Shown one piece after another: positions 17,192 through 25,388 of a DNA stretch of 25,389 bases; position 1 is the first letter of the stretch; each line of letters starts with the position of its first letter. The stretch comes from a virus (taxonomy: Duplodnaviria > Caudoviricetes). Below the pieces are notes generated by a model that saw only the letters and a program-made list of their open reading frames with translations, had not been told where the DNA came from and made no database searches. The stretch lies in the IMG/VR virus record IMGVR_UViG_3300027956_000036, positions 1-25,389 of that record; one strand, given 5' to 3'. The translations under genes were made by a program, and so were the position numbers.

Positions 17192-17877
17192 TGAAATTTT
17201 CAAATTATCTAAATGAAAATATATCATTTGATGCAGTTGGTGATTATATATCAGATAACTGTCAACCTTTTTTAAAAGAATTTGGAAACCAATATTCAAA
17301 AGAGAATTTTATTCACAGAGGTGTGTTATCAGTAGGTTCGGATTTTTTAATAAAGAATACAAGAAAAGATAGAAAACCAAGATATGTTGATGAAAGGTCA
17401 CATAAGTTTTTAGAAGAAATAGGTAAAAGAATATTTGGATGGAACATTAGAAAAGAGGGTGTATTTACAGGGTCATTTAAAACCGCTCAGCGTTATGGTA
17501 AATTAGTTATATTCATACCTGTTGGGAGTTATGAATATGTATTTAATAAAGATACTACTGATATATATTCCGAATATGATGGTTTGGATAATGCATTTAA
17601 AGCCGATGATGATTGGCAAGAAGAAAGAAAAGAACCTTTTTGGAAAAAAGACCCTGCAGGATTAAAACAGGGTGATAAAGAAAGTCAAAATGATATTGAC
17701 ACCCATAAAAATACTATAGAGAAAATATATAGAAAAGATTATAAAAAAACTGGTTTAGATAGGATACTTAATAATAACGACCGTTGGGAAGCAATATTTA
17801 AATGTGAGCAATCTATAATATGTTCATATACTCATAAATTAGAATTGAAAAATATTATACAGGGAATTATAAAATGA
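17191..17877 (+). CDS. Leader-bearing protein, possibly ADP-ribosyltransferase-like fold
   Basis: Leader MKFSNYLNE; IHRG...GVFTGS..TA..YG...WEAIF spacing is reminiscent of ART R-S-E motifs (function speculative). Confidence 0.45.
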   Translation: MKFSNYLNENISFDAVGDYISDNCQPFLKEFGNQYSKENFIHRGVLSVGSDFLIKNTRKDRKPRYVDERSHKFLEEIGKRIFGWNIRKEGVFTGSFKTAQRYGKLVIFIPVGSYEYVFNKDTTDIYSEYDGLDNAFKADDDWQEERKEPFWKKDPAGLKQGDKESQNDIDTHKNTIEKIYRKDYKKTGLDRILNNNDRWEAIFKCEQSIICSYTHKLELKNIIQGIIK

Positions 17878-19274
17878 ATATACTTGAAAAGATAAATTTT
17901 TTTGAAAAGACATTATTAAATGAATCTGGTATCCGAAATATAGTTGACCTTTCAAAAGAATATAAAACAGCGGAGATATATTTTCATATAGATTTAGATG
18001 GTGTAACAAGTGCAATTGGCATGAAACAATATCTTAAATCTTATGGTATCAAAGTTGTTGATGCCCATACAATTCAATATGGTGGTATGGAATATGCAAT
18101 ACCAAAACCAAAAGATAAAACTTTAGCTGTTATGGTTGATTTTGCACATGGTAAACCTGTAATGCATATACATACAGACCATCACGATAAACAATCAGGT
18201 GTATCAAAAGACACCAAAACCTCTTTCGTTAAAAGTCCATCTAATGCTGCATATATATCACAAGTATTATCACCAAAAGATTTATTTCCACCAGAAGATG
18301 TAAAATTAATCAGTACAGTTGATTCTGCTGATTTTGCATCACAAGATATAACACCTGATGATGTTATGAGAGCAACATTTAAACTTAGTTCTAAATTAGA
18401 TGTTTCAAAAAATAGACGAGCAATGGGTTTTGTTGTTAATACACTTACTTTGGCATATAAAAATAAACCTGGATTTTTATCAAAATTGGTTCTTCAAGCT
18501 AATCCATCTTTAATGTCAATGTATAATGTTATCAAAAAATTGGCAAAAGAAGAAGGTTACAAAGCACCTGAAGAAGTTGGTAGTGGTAAACAAGATTATG
18601 TATCTAAACAAGCAAAGAATTTTAAAGAGGGTGGAATAAAAATAATTTCAACCTTAAAGAACGGACAACATACACAAGTTGGTAATACCATCGTACAATA
18701 TGGTGGTGGTTATATGGTCAAGGGTTATGACCGTTATACACCATTCAAGAATAATGAATGGGCTCAATATTTAGTTATTGCTTGGCCCACAGGTTTGGTA
18801 CAAATTTCTAAAAACCCATTTGTTAAGGGAAATAACCCATATCATTTAGGTGATTTAGCAATTAAGAAAATACTTCCAAAATTTAAATCTAAATTGAATA
18901 AAGAAATTACATTAGAGTTTATTAAGAAAGTATTTGAAAATGATATTAAAGATAACAACTCTTTAGGATTTCAATTTAATGATTTTGTAAGTTTATTTGA
19001 AGGTAAAATCAAGGGTCTTGTTGGTTCGGATAGATGGAAAGAAACGGTTGAAGATATAACAAATAAACCTTATTCAAAATTATCATATAATCAAAAAGAA
19101 GTTTTAAGAAAGGTTACAGTTAATCTATATGATTTGATTTTAGCTCAATCTGGTGGACATAAAGATATTACCAATCTATCAGGTTTTAATTTCTTTGGTA
19201 AGGGCTATACTGAGTTAATGAAGGATGTAATGGTTGAGATTGCAAAAGAAATGAAAGATAAAACATTGGGGTGA
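17874..19274 (+). CDS. DHH-family phosphoesterase with DHHA1-like C-terminus
   Basis: HIDLDG..SA, MVDF, TDHH, SNA, VDSAD, SGGH motifs; leader ..LLNE/S. Confidence 0.88.
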   Translation: MNILEKINFFEKTLLNESGIRNIVDLSKEYKTAEIYFHIDLDGVTSAIGMKQYLKSYGIKVVDAHTIQYGGMEYAIPKPKDKTLAVMVDFAHGKPVMHIHTDHHDKQSGVSKDTKTSFVKSPSNAAYISQVLSPKDLFPPEDVKLISTVDSADFASQDITPDDVMRATFKLSSKLDVSKNRRAMGFVVNTLTLAYKNKPGFLSKLVLQANPSLMSMYNVIKKLAKEEGYKAPEEVGSGKQDYVSKQAKNFKEGGIKIISTLKNGQHTQVGNTIVQYGGGYMVKGYDRYTPFKNNEWAQYLVIAWPTGLVQISKNPFVKGNNPYHLGDLAIKKILPKFKSKLNKEITLEFIKKVFENDIKDNNSLGFQFNDFVSLFEGKIKGLVGSDRWKETVEDITNKPYSKLSYNQKEVLRKVTVNLYDLILAQSGGHKDITNLSGFNFFGKGYTELMKDVMVEIAKEMKDKTLG

Positions 19275-19489
19275 TAATAGGAATGAAATTTAAAGATTAT
19301 ATAAATGAAAAATCAAAAGATGATATGTATGTTTGTGCAAAGAATGGTACTAATAAAGACCGTTGTCATTGGTCTGGTAATAAACCAGTAGAACAAAAGA
19401 ATGGTAAAAAGACTTGTCCTGTTTGTGGTGGTGATGCAGTGAAAAATTGGGAGTATAAAGGATAAAGATAAAACATTGGGGTGATAATA
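19254..19489 (+). repeat. 26-bp perfect direct repeat AAAGATAAAACATTGGGGTGATAATA at 19254-19279 and 19464-19489, with imperfect similarity extending into the leader codons
   Basis: Direct comparison; copies are 210 nt apart and bracket one small gene. Confidence 0.95.
19283..19465 (+). CDS. Small zinc-ribbon-like protein with leader (start revised to ATG 19283)
   Basis: MKFKDYINE/K; YVC...RCHW...TCPVCGG; GGGGTG RBS. Confidence 0.75.
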   Translation: MKFKDYINEKSKDDMYVCAKNGTNKDRCHWSGNKPVEQKNGKKTCPVCGGDAVKNWEYKG

Positions 19490-19695
19490 TGAGATTTAAA
19501 AATTATGTAAATGAAGCTGCTCAAGTAGTTGCAAAATTTAAAAAAGGTAGTGATACCTGGGAAATGAAGAAAGAATTTAGATGGGGTGGTTTGCTTACAT
19601 GGGTTATCTATGTAAATGGAAAAGAAACAGATCAATTGGCACCTAATCTTGATAAAACCGCTGCGTTAAAAAAATTTAAGGAAATGGAAAAATGA
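19489..19695 (+). CDS. Small hypothetical protein with leader MRFKNYVNE/A
   Basis: Same duplicated RBS as the preceding gene. Confidence 0.8.
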   Translation: MRFKNYVNEAAQVVAKFKKGSDTWEMKKEFRWGGLLTWVIYVNGKETDQLAPNLDKTAALKKFKEMEK

Positions 19696-20012
19696 AATTC
19701 TTTGAAAGATTAATGATTGAAGAATATTTGAAAGAAGAACCTATTGGCGCAAAAGGTTGGACACAAACATCTTTAAAAAAGTTTGGAGACACAATAGGAA
19801 TTGACCCCAAAGAAAAAGGTTTCTTTGATGCATGTGTTTTGAGAATGAAAGGTAAAGAAGGTTTTGATGATGAAAAAGCTAAAGGTTTTTGTGCCTCAAT
19901 AAAAGATGCTGCATATGGTTCACCCAATTGGAGAGGTAAAGACAAATCAAAAGAAGATGTTGAGAAGGATACAAAAAAGATAAAATTTAAAAAGAAATTA
20001 CCGGAGAAATAA
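19692..20012 (+). CDS. Small basic protein with leader ..EEYLKE and an FDACV..M...A..FCA Cys pair
   Basis: ATGA overlap; motif visible in the translation. Confidence 0.75.
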   Translation: MKFFERLMIEEYLKEEPIGAKGWTQTSLKKFGDTIGIDPKEKGFFDACVLRMKGKEGFDDEKAKGFCASIKDAAYGSPNWRGKDKSKEDVEKDTKKIKFKKKLPEK

Positions 20013-20013
20013 A

Positions 20014-20346
20014 ATGATAGATATTCTTAATAAAATAGAAACTTATCTTATAGAAGGTAAGGTTGCTGATACAATTTTAAAACAAATAAAATCTTTGGAT
20101 AAATGGGCTCTACCTTCATGGGGTGCTAAAAATTTTATCTCTTTGGATAAAGAAAAAGGTGTTCAATTTGATGTTAGTGGTTCTAAATTCAAAGGTCGCA
20201 TATTGATATATTATGATAGAGGGTCAGATACATATACCATTGAAATGGGTAAAGTAACCAAGAAACTTGAGTGGAAACAAACCAATTTAATAAAACAAGT
20301 TTTTATGAGTGATTTGGTTAATATATTAGACCAACATATAGGATAG
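20014..20346 (+). CDS. Small alpha/beta phage protein with leader ..IETYLIE/G
   Basis: GGAG RBS; TILKQI...GAK...GVQF...DTYTI resembles a widespread uncharacterised phage family. Confidence 0.75.
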   Translation: MIDILNKIETYLIEGKVADTILKQIKSLDKWALPSWGAKNFISLDKEKGVQFDVSGSKFKGRILIYYDRGSDTYTIEMGKVTKKLEWKQTNLIKQVFMSDLVNILDQHIG

Positions 20347-20351
20347 ATAAA

Positions 20352-20585
20352 ATGAACATGATAAATAAGTATTTAAATGAAAAGAAATATGATATTAAAG
20401 ATTTTTTAAAAAATCTTGATAATAAAGACCATAAATCATTAAAAGATAATTATTATGGTGTTGTTAATAATCTTGAACCTTTATATGAAGAAATGATTAA
20501 ATATCCTGAATTAAGAGATGAGGCATCTTGGGTAAAAAAATCTATTGATATGTTTAGTAAAATCACATTAGGTAAATATTTATAA
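20352..20585 (+). CDS. Small hypothetical protein with leader MNMINKYLNE
   Basis: AGGA RBS; shared leader. Confidence 0.75.
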   Translation: MNMINKYLNEKKYDIKDFLKNLDNKDHKSLKDNYYGVVNNLEPLYEEMIKYPELRDEASWVKKSIDMFSKITLGKYL

Positions 20586-20586
20586 T

Positions 20587-20853
20587 ATGGAAACAGTAAG
20601 AAAATATTTAACAGAAGATATTGATGAACAAGAAAAATATTTTTTAAATAGTCTTGTCTCTCATATAAAAGAATATAGAAGTACTATGTTGAAAGATACA
20701 GGTCTTGTTAATCCAACAGTTTTAGCAAATGAAGTTGGTAATATTATATTATCAGCGATAAGTAAAGCCTTGATTCAAAAAGAAGCTGATTTGGTTAAAA
20801 AAGTTATTAAAACTGGTAAACCACTTTTAACATATGGTAAAGGTTCAAAATAG
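20587..20853 (+). CDS. Small hypothetical protein with leader METVRKYLTE
   Basis: Last gene before the terminator; shared leader. Confidence 0.75.
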   Translation: METVRKYLTEDIDEQEKYFLNSLVSHIKEYRSTMLKDTGLVNPTVLANEVGNIILSAISKALIQKEADLVKKVIKTGKPLLTYGKGSK

Positions 20854-20854
20854 A

Positions 20855-20886
20855 AATTACGAGTCTGTCCAATCAGACTCGTAATT
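20855..20886. terminator. Bidirectional intrinsic terminator between convergent operons
   Basis: 13-bp stem AATTACGAGTCTG / CAGACTCGTAATT, 6-nt loop, T-rich runs following on both strands. Confidence 0.85.
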
Positions 20887-20888
20887 CT

Positions 20889-21155
20889 TTATTTACCAAT
20901 TATCTCTTTCATTTTCACATAAAAAAATATATGCATCACCGTTAATACTGGACCCATAAGTGATGATATTACAATATGAAAATTATTTAATTTACTTTTA
21001 AATATGATATTGATGCACATGTTTATTATTACAAATATAAAATAAAAACCAAGTGCAGCCTCCACTGAAAAAAATAGAATTAGAAATACTATTATAAACA
21101 AAACACTAATCATTGAATATTGTACTACTCTTGCAAGTTGTTGTTCCGTTTTCAT
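20889..21155 (-). CDS. Small membrane protein (about 3 TM helices)
   Basis: Three strongly hydrophobic stretches; GAGGTG RBS overlapping the polymerase stop. Confidence 0.75.
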   Translation of the reverse strand: MKTEQQLARVVQYSMISVLFIIVFLILFFSVEAALGFYFIFVIINMCINIIFKSKLNNFHIVISSLMGPVLTVMHIFFYVKMKEIIGK

Positions 21156-21161
21156 TTCACC

Positions 21162-23753
21162 TCATCCAAAGAATAAATTTAAAGACTTTTGTACAGATTT
21201 GTTTTCCAAAAGGTGTAATTTATTCATCGGTTCCAAAAGAAATCCAATCTTATTTAAAAAGAACTTTTCTATCATAATATCATAGTCTGGTGATATAATA
21301 TCATCAAATTCACTTGGCCATCTACCAAATGTAATAACATCGGCACCATATTGATTACTCTTTAAATATATAACTTTACCTTTTGTTCCCTCATGTATAT
21401 CTTCATATTTATCTTTTATCTTTAAAATATTAATCAACTTTCTATAATTAGATACACCTTTTATATGCCAAGGTGTTCCTTTTATATGGGTATTATTTAT
21501 AATATATTTATCTAAATTATTCACTGATATGTTTGCTGCCAGTTCTTCTGGTTTTACTAACTTTAATTCTTTTTTATACTTCTCAATAATATCTATAATT
21601 TCAGATTCAGGTTTATCCCTTAATATCATTTCATAAACGACTTTCAATCTTTCTCTTATTGCTTCTGATGAATCTGACCTCACAATTTCAAGACCTGTTA
21701 CAGATAACTTATCAACAGGTACACCTTCTTCATTAACACACCAGAAGGCATATTTTTTCTTTTTAACAAATAATGCTTTTTTGGCAACAATCTCTTGTTT
21801 GAATCCAATTTTAAAATCTTCTACTTGTGAGTTATAATCAAGTTTTTGTGTATCATTATATACTTTATCATTTACATATTTTTCAATCTCTTTTGCTTCT
21901 TTTAATATTAAAGTGATTTTTTCTTCATCTGATAAATCTTCCCACTTATCATTTATCAATTTCATATAATCACCGAGACCGATAAAAAGAGAGTCGGTAT
22001 CTATATAATAAACCCAATCTTTTATTTTTGTTTTTAGATTTTTTCTATTATAATAATCATTTACAAACACTTGACCTTGTTTGATTGTATGTCTACCACA
22101 TGATGTTATTGCTTCTGCAATATTTGTATTAAAATATCGTGAATACGGAACTGCTGTAATACCAAATATCGCATTTAATAAAATCTTAATAGCCCATTGT
22201 AATGAGAATAATTCTTTTGCTCTTATCTCTAATCTTTCTCTTTCTTTTAAATCTTCCTTTTCTGCTGCTTGATGTCTCAACTCTTTCATTTTATTTTTAA
22301 CATCTTTTCTTTTAGCAAAAATGTTTTGTTCAACATCTGCCAATACACCTTTTGGTTTTGTTAAAAATACCGAACCACATGGAGCAATTGCAAATAAACC
22401 TCTATTTAATGCATCATTAAATTTATTTAAACGGTCACCTTCAAATGTTACGGGACCAGTTAATTTTATTATGGTAAATTTACTAAAATCTCTATTTCTT
22501 GTTTGTTGAATTATTCTATCTTCTGTTATATCTATAATTCTACCAAAATATGTTTCATTTGACATATTTAAAGTTATGATATGTGATGGATATGATGATG
22601 TTATATCAATATCAATAACCCAGTCATGCATACCAACTTGCGGTTCTTTTACATATGCGGCTTCAAAACCTTCTTGTGTACCACCAGCAAAATAAGGAGC
22701 ACACATATTATTTCTTCTATAATGTGTTAGTAATGCACCTTCAATTAAATGTGTCATTGCTGCGTAAAACTTCATTGGACATTTAGTTAAAAGTGATAGT
22801 GCTTGAATGAGTCTTATATAACCAAGTTTATCTTCCAACTGGTCAACTCTTTTACAATCAACTCTATTATACACAACAAATTTATTCCAATCTTTTCTAT
22901 ATAATTCTCTTAAATCTTCAAATTCAGAATAGTCAACCTTACCCTTTTCTAATTCAAATTTAGAAACAAAATCAAGTTTGTATGACTCCAACTTATTTGG
23001 GCTATACCACTTATATACTTCCAAATAATCAAGAATATGTACACCTGCTATATCAATATTGATTGCTTCTTCATTTTTTTGTTTCCAAGTTTTTACAATT
23101 CTTATTGGTGATAGTGCCTGATAAATAGTTGTTTTTTCACCAAATATAATTTTTGCCCGGTTTATAATATATGGTAAGTCAAAACCATATATATTCCAAC
23201 CCGTATAACAATCAGGTGAAACTTTATAAGCATAATCAAAAAATCTTCTTAATAATTCCGCTTCTGTTTTACAGTTTATATATTCATCATCTTTTATATC
23301 TTTTTCTGTATATGATTTTTCACCAAATGTTATTGTTTTCTTTGTTATTGAATTTGTAAATGATATTAAACATATTGGGTCCTTAGCAATCATTGGGTCA
23401 GGAAAACCTTTAGGACTTATTACTTCAATATCAATGGAATAAGTTTTTAATTGCGGTACTTCAATTTCATCATCTGGTATGTTATAATACCTTTCTGCTA
23501 AAAATTGTATTTCTGGTTTTACTTTGTTTTCAAATATATTTGGATTATCTTTACAATAGTTATAATAATCATTATATGTATCAAACTCAACTTTTCTTAC
23601 TTTTCTACCATCTATTGTTTTTATTTCACCACTTTCATCTAAAACATATACATATGGAACCCAGTCATAAGTTGTATATTCATTCTTACCATTTATAGTC
23701 TCCCATAAATGTATTAAATTTCTACTACTTTCATAATGAACATTTCTAAACAT
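21162..23753 (-). CDS. Family B DNA polymerase with 3'-5' exonuclease (T4 gp43-like)
   Basis: ExoI DIE, ExoII GWN..GFDLPY, ExoIII YNRVD, motif A DITSSYPS, motif B KILLNAIFG, motif C YIDTDS, KKKY, C-terminal clamp-binding-like SLNLFFG. Confidence 0.97.
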   Translation of the reverse strand: MFRNVHYESSRNLIHLWETINGKNEYTTYDWVPYVYVLDESGEIKTIDGRKVRKVEFDTYNDYYNYCKDNPNIFENKVKPEIQFLAERYYNIPDDEIEVPQLKTYSIDIEVISPKGFPDPMIAKDPICLISFTNSITKKTITFGEKSYTEKDIKDDEYINCKTEAELLRRFFDYAYKVSPDCYTGWNIYGFDLPYIINRAKIIFGEKTTIYQALSPIRIVKTWKQKNEEAINIDIAGVHILDYLEVYKWYSPNKLESYKLDFVSKFELEKGKVDYSEFEDLRELYRKDWNKFVVYNRVDCKRVDQLEDKLGYIRLIQALSLLTKCPMKFYAAMTHLIEGALLTHYRRNNMCAPYFAGGTQEGFEAAYVKEPQVGMHDWVIDIDITSSYPSHIITLNMSNETYFGRIIDITEDRIIQQTRNRDFSKFTIIKLTGPVTFEGDRLNKFNDALNRGLFAIAPCGSVFLTKPKGVLADVEQNIFAKRKDVKNKMKELRHQAAEKEDLKERERLEIRAKELFSLQWAIKILLNAIFGITAVPYSRYFNTNIAEAITSCGRHTIKQGQVFVNDYYNRKNLKTKIKDWVYYIDTDSLFIGLGDYMKLINDKWEDLSDEEKITLILKEAKEIEKYVNDKVYNDTQKLDYNSQVEDFKIGFKQEIVAKKALFVKKKKYAFWCVNEEGVPVDKLSVTGLEIVRSDSSEAIRERLKVVYEMILRDKPESEIIDIIEKYKKELKLVKPEELAANISVNNLDKYIINNTHIKGTPWHIKGVSNYRKLINILKIKDKYEDIHEGTKGKVIYLKSNQYGADVITFGRWPSEFDDIISPDYDIMIEKFFLNKIGFLLEPMNKLHLLENKSVQKSLNLFFG

Positions 23754-23784
23754 ATTTTAAACACCTCAATTTTTATTTTTACAT

Positions 23785-23814
23785 ATTATATCACTTTTTA
23801 TCATCATTGTAAAC
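23785..23814 (-). promoter_or_regulatory. Sigma70/T4-early-type promoter for the DNA polymerase
   Basis: Minus strand GTTTACA (23814-23808), 17-nt spacer, TATAAT (23790-23785), then GAGGTG RBS. Confidence 0.8.
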
Positions 23815-24030
23815 TTATGGGGTTTTTACTTTAAGTGATGTTCTTCTTTTTAATTCATCCAACTTCATTCTTAACTCTAATATTTCTATACCTTTATCCA
23901 AGGAGTCTTTTATTAAATCATTTATCAATTTTTGTTTTTCTTCTATGTTGTGAATAAGTGATTTAATTATACTTTCTTGGTCTACATCCATATTTGGTTT
24001 TTCTGTACCTTCAATAAAATCATCAAACAT
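23815..24030 (-). CDS. Small coiled-coil hypothetical protein
   Basis: Heptad-like leucine pattern; packed in the operon. Confidence 0.7.
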   Translation of the reverse strand: MFDDFIEGTEKPNMDVDQESIIKSLIHNIEEKQKLINDLIKDSLDKGIEILELRMKLDELKRRTSLKVKTP

Positions 24031-24033
24031 TTT

Positions 24034-25134
24034 TTATCTACCTACCTCCAAAATATATTTTTCTCTTGCTTTACCCCATTCAATTCCTATTAAATCATCA
24101 TAATATAATGTGTTCTTATTATATCTATTATCTTTTAAAAGTGATGATACCCTTCTTTCTGCATATCTTGTTTTCCATAGGTCAACTAAAACCTCTAATC
24201 TATTATCAAACAACTTTTCACCTAACACTGTTTCTTTTTGTGAGAGAAATTCATTTGAATTTTTATACAACTTGCAGAAATAGACACCTCGTGGTGCATT
24301 ATTATCTGGTGGTTTTATACCTAATTTTGTATACGCAAATGCCAACATTTTTGATTTTGGTCGTGAGAGAACCTTTTCTTCATTTGAAGTCATCTTTTTA
24401 AAATCATTAGGATATTTTTCTCTTACCCATTCTCTTATTTCATAATACACATCATCTGTTGGTTCAAGTGGAATCTTACCTTCCGTTGTTCCACATTTTT
24501 TCCAATATTTTAGATTGTTGTATTGTGAAAATCCACCATATAGTGAAGTTGTTGTTATTGCAACCAAAGGTTCCTTATATTTTAAATTCCAATTATCAAC
24601 TATTTTATCTGAGCATAAACATAAAGTTATTAATTTACCACCCACATAGTTATATCCTAATGGTTGTGTTGGTATTATAGATGAACCCATACCAGTATAG
24701 TTCAACATTTTATTTTTTGTTCTTTGTTCAAATGTCCAACCAATATGACTATCTCTTGGTGATAATGAAATAAAATCAGACGCTAAAGATAAACTACCTA
24801 AATATGTTTTTGTTTTTCTATCCCATATTATATATCTTCCTATTCTACCCACACTTTGATTCCATGACATTGTAGAAGTAAAAACTCTTATAATGGTCCA
24901 AGTTAAAGAATCTACTTTATTTTCAACTGGTATTATACCAACATCAAGTTTTTTATAATCATTCGGTTCTTTTGGTGACCATAATGACATACCAACTTCC
25001 CATATTCTTTGTTTTTCTTCTGTTGTCCATGTTTTTGCATTAATTTCTTGCCACTTTTTATATAAGGTCAATTCTGGTATTGACATATTTTTAAGTGCTT
25101 CAAAATTCATTCTTAATAATTTTTTTATTGTCAT
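24034..25134 (-). CDS. DruA/DUF4338-like protein (stand-alone phage homolog)
   Basis: GR..RYII.D......LG...L.SD...L..RD.HIGW, IIPTQPLGYN..GGKL, TTTSLYG..SQYN, W...G.T.G motifs. Confidence 0.7.
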   Translation of the reverse strand: MTIKKLLRMNFEALKNMSIPELTLYKKWQEINAKTWTTEEKQRIWEVGMSLWSPKEPNDYKKLDVGIIPVENKVDSLTWTIIRVFTSTMSWNQSVGRIGRYIIWDRKTKTYLGSLSLASDFISLSPRDSHIGWTFEQRTKNKMLNYTGMGSSIIPTQPLGYNYVGGKLITLCLCSDKIVDNWNLKYKEPLVAITTTSLYGGFSQYNNLKYWKKCGTTEGKIPLEPTDDVYYEIREWVREKYPNDFKKMTSNEEKVLSRPKSKMLAFAYTKLGIKPPDNNAPRGVYFCKLYKNSNEFLSQKETVLGEKLFDNRLEVLVDLWKTRYAERRVSSLLKDNRYNKNTLYYDDLIGIEWGKAREKYILEVGR

Positions 25135-25388
25135 TATTCACCTGTAAATTTTGTTAATTTTTTACTTAATCCTTTATCATATAGGAATAATATATCATCT
25201 ATATCTTTATCTGTTATTCCCTTTTCATATAGATTTATTATAGAATTACATATTTTTTTAGCGAGTCTTGAATCAATTCTATGCCATTCATCACCAATAT
25301 ATCTGTCCATTCTCCATCCTTCAAGAACATCTAAAAGAATTTTTTCAATTTTATCACAATCATCAACCTCCCATATACTATCAAAATA
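25134..25388 (-). CDS. Partial (5' end outside window) protein, possibly GIY-YIG T5orf172/MUG113-like nuclease; missing from ORF track
   Basis: Open for 84 codons to TAA at 25136-25134, overlapping the next ATG: ...WEVDDCDKIEKILLDVLEGWRMDRYIGDEWHRI... (ExxL...R...EW pattern). Confidence 0.5.
   Translation of the reverse strand, partial: YFDSIWEVDDCDKIEKILLDVLEGWRMDRYIGDEWHRIDSRLAKKICNSIINLYEKGITDKDIDDILFLYDKGLSKKLTKFTGE

Noticed and set aside
21162-23753. Intein, intron or split in the DNA polymerase
   Set aside because: Continuous 863-aa ORF with normal motif spacing; no intein splice motifs seen
330-24680. Short antisense or alternate-frame ORFs in the track (e.g. 330..569, 1898..2131, 3057..3329, 10632..10952, 11411..11758, 19366..19635, 22081..22272, 24066..24401)
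   Set aside because: They overlap well-supported genes, lack RBSs and have the F/L/Y/I-biased composition of shadow ORFs in AT-rich DNA
24034-25134. Complete Druantia defence system
   Set aside because: Only a DruA-like gene is present; no DruE helicase or other partners in the window
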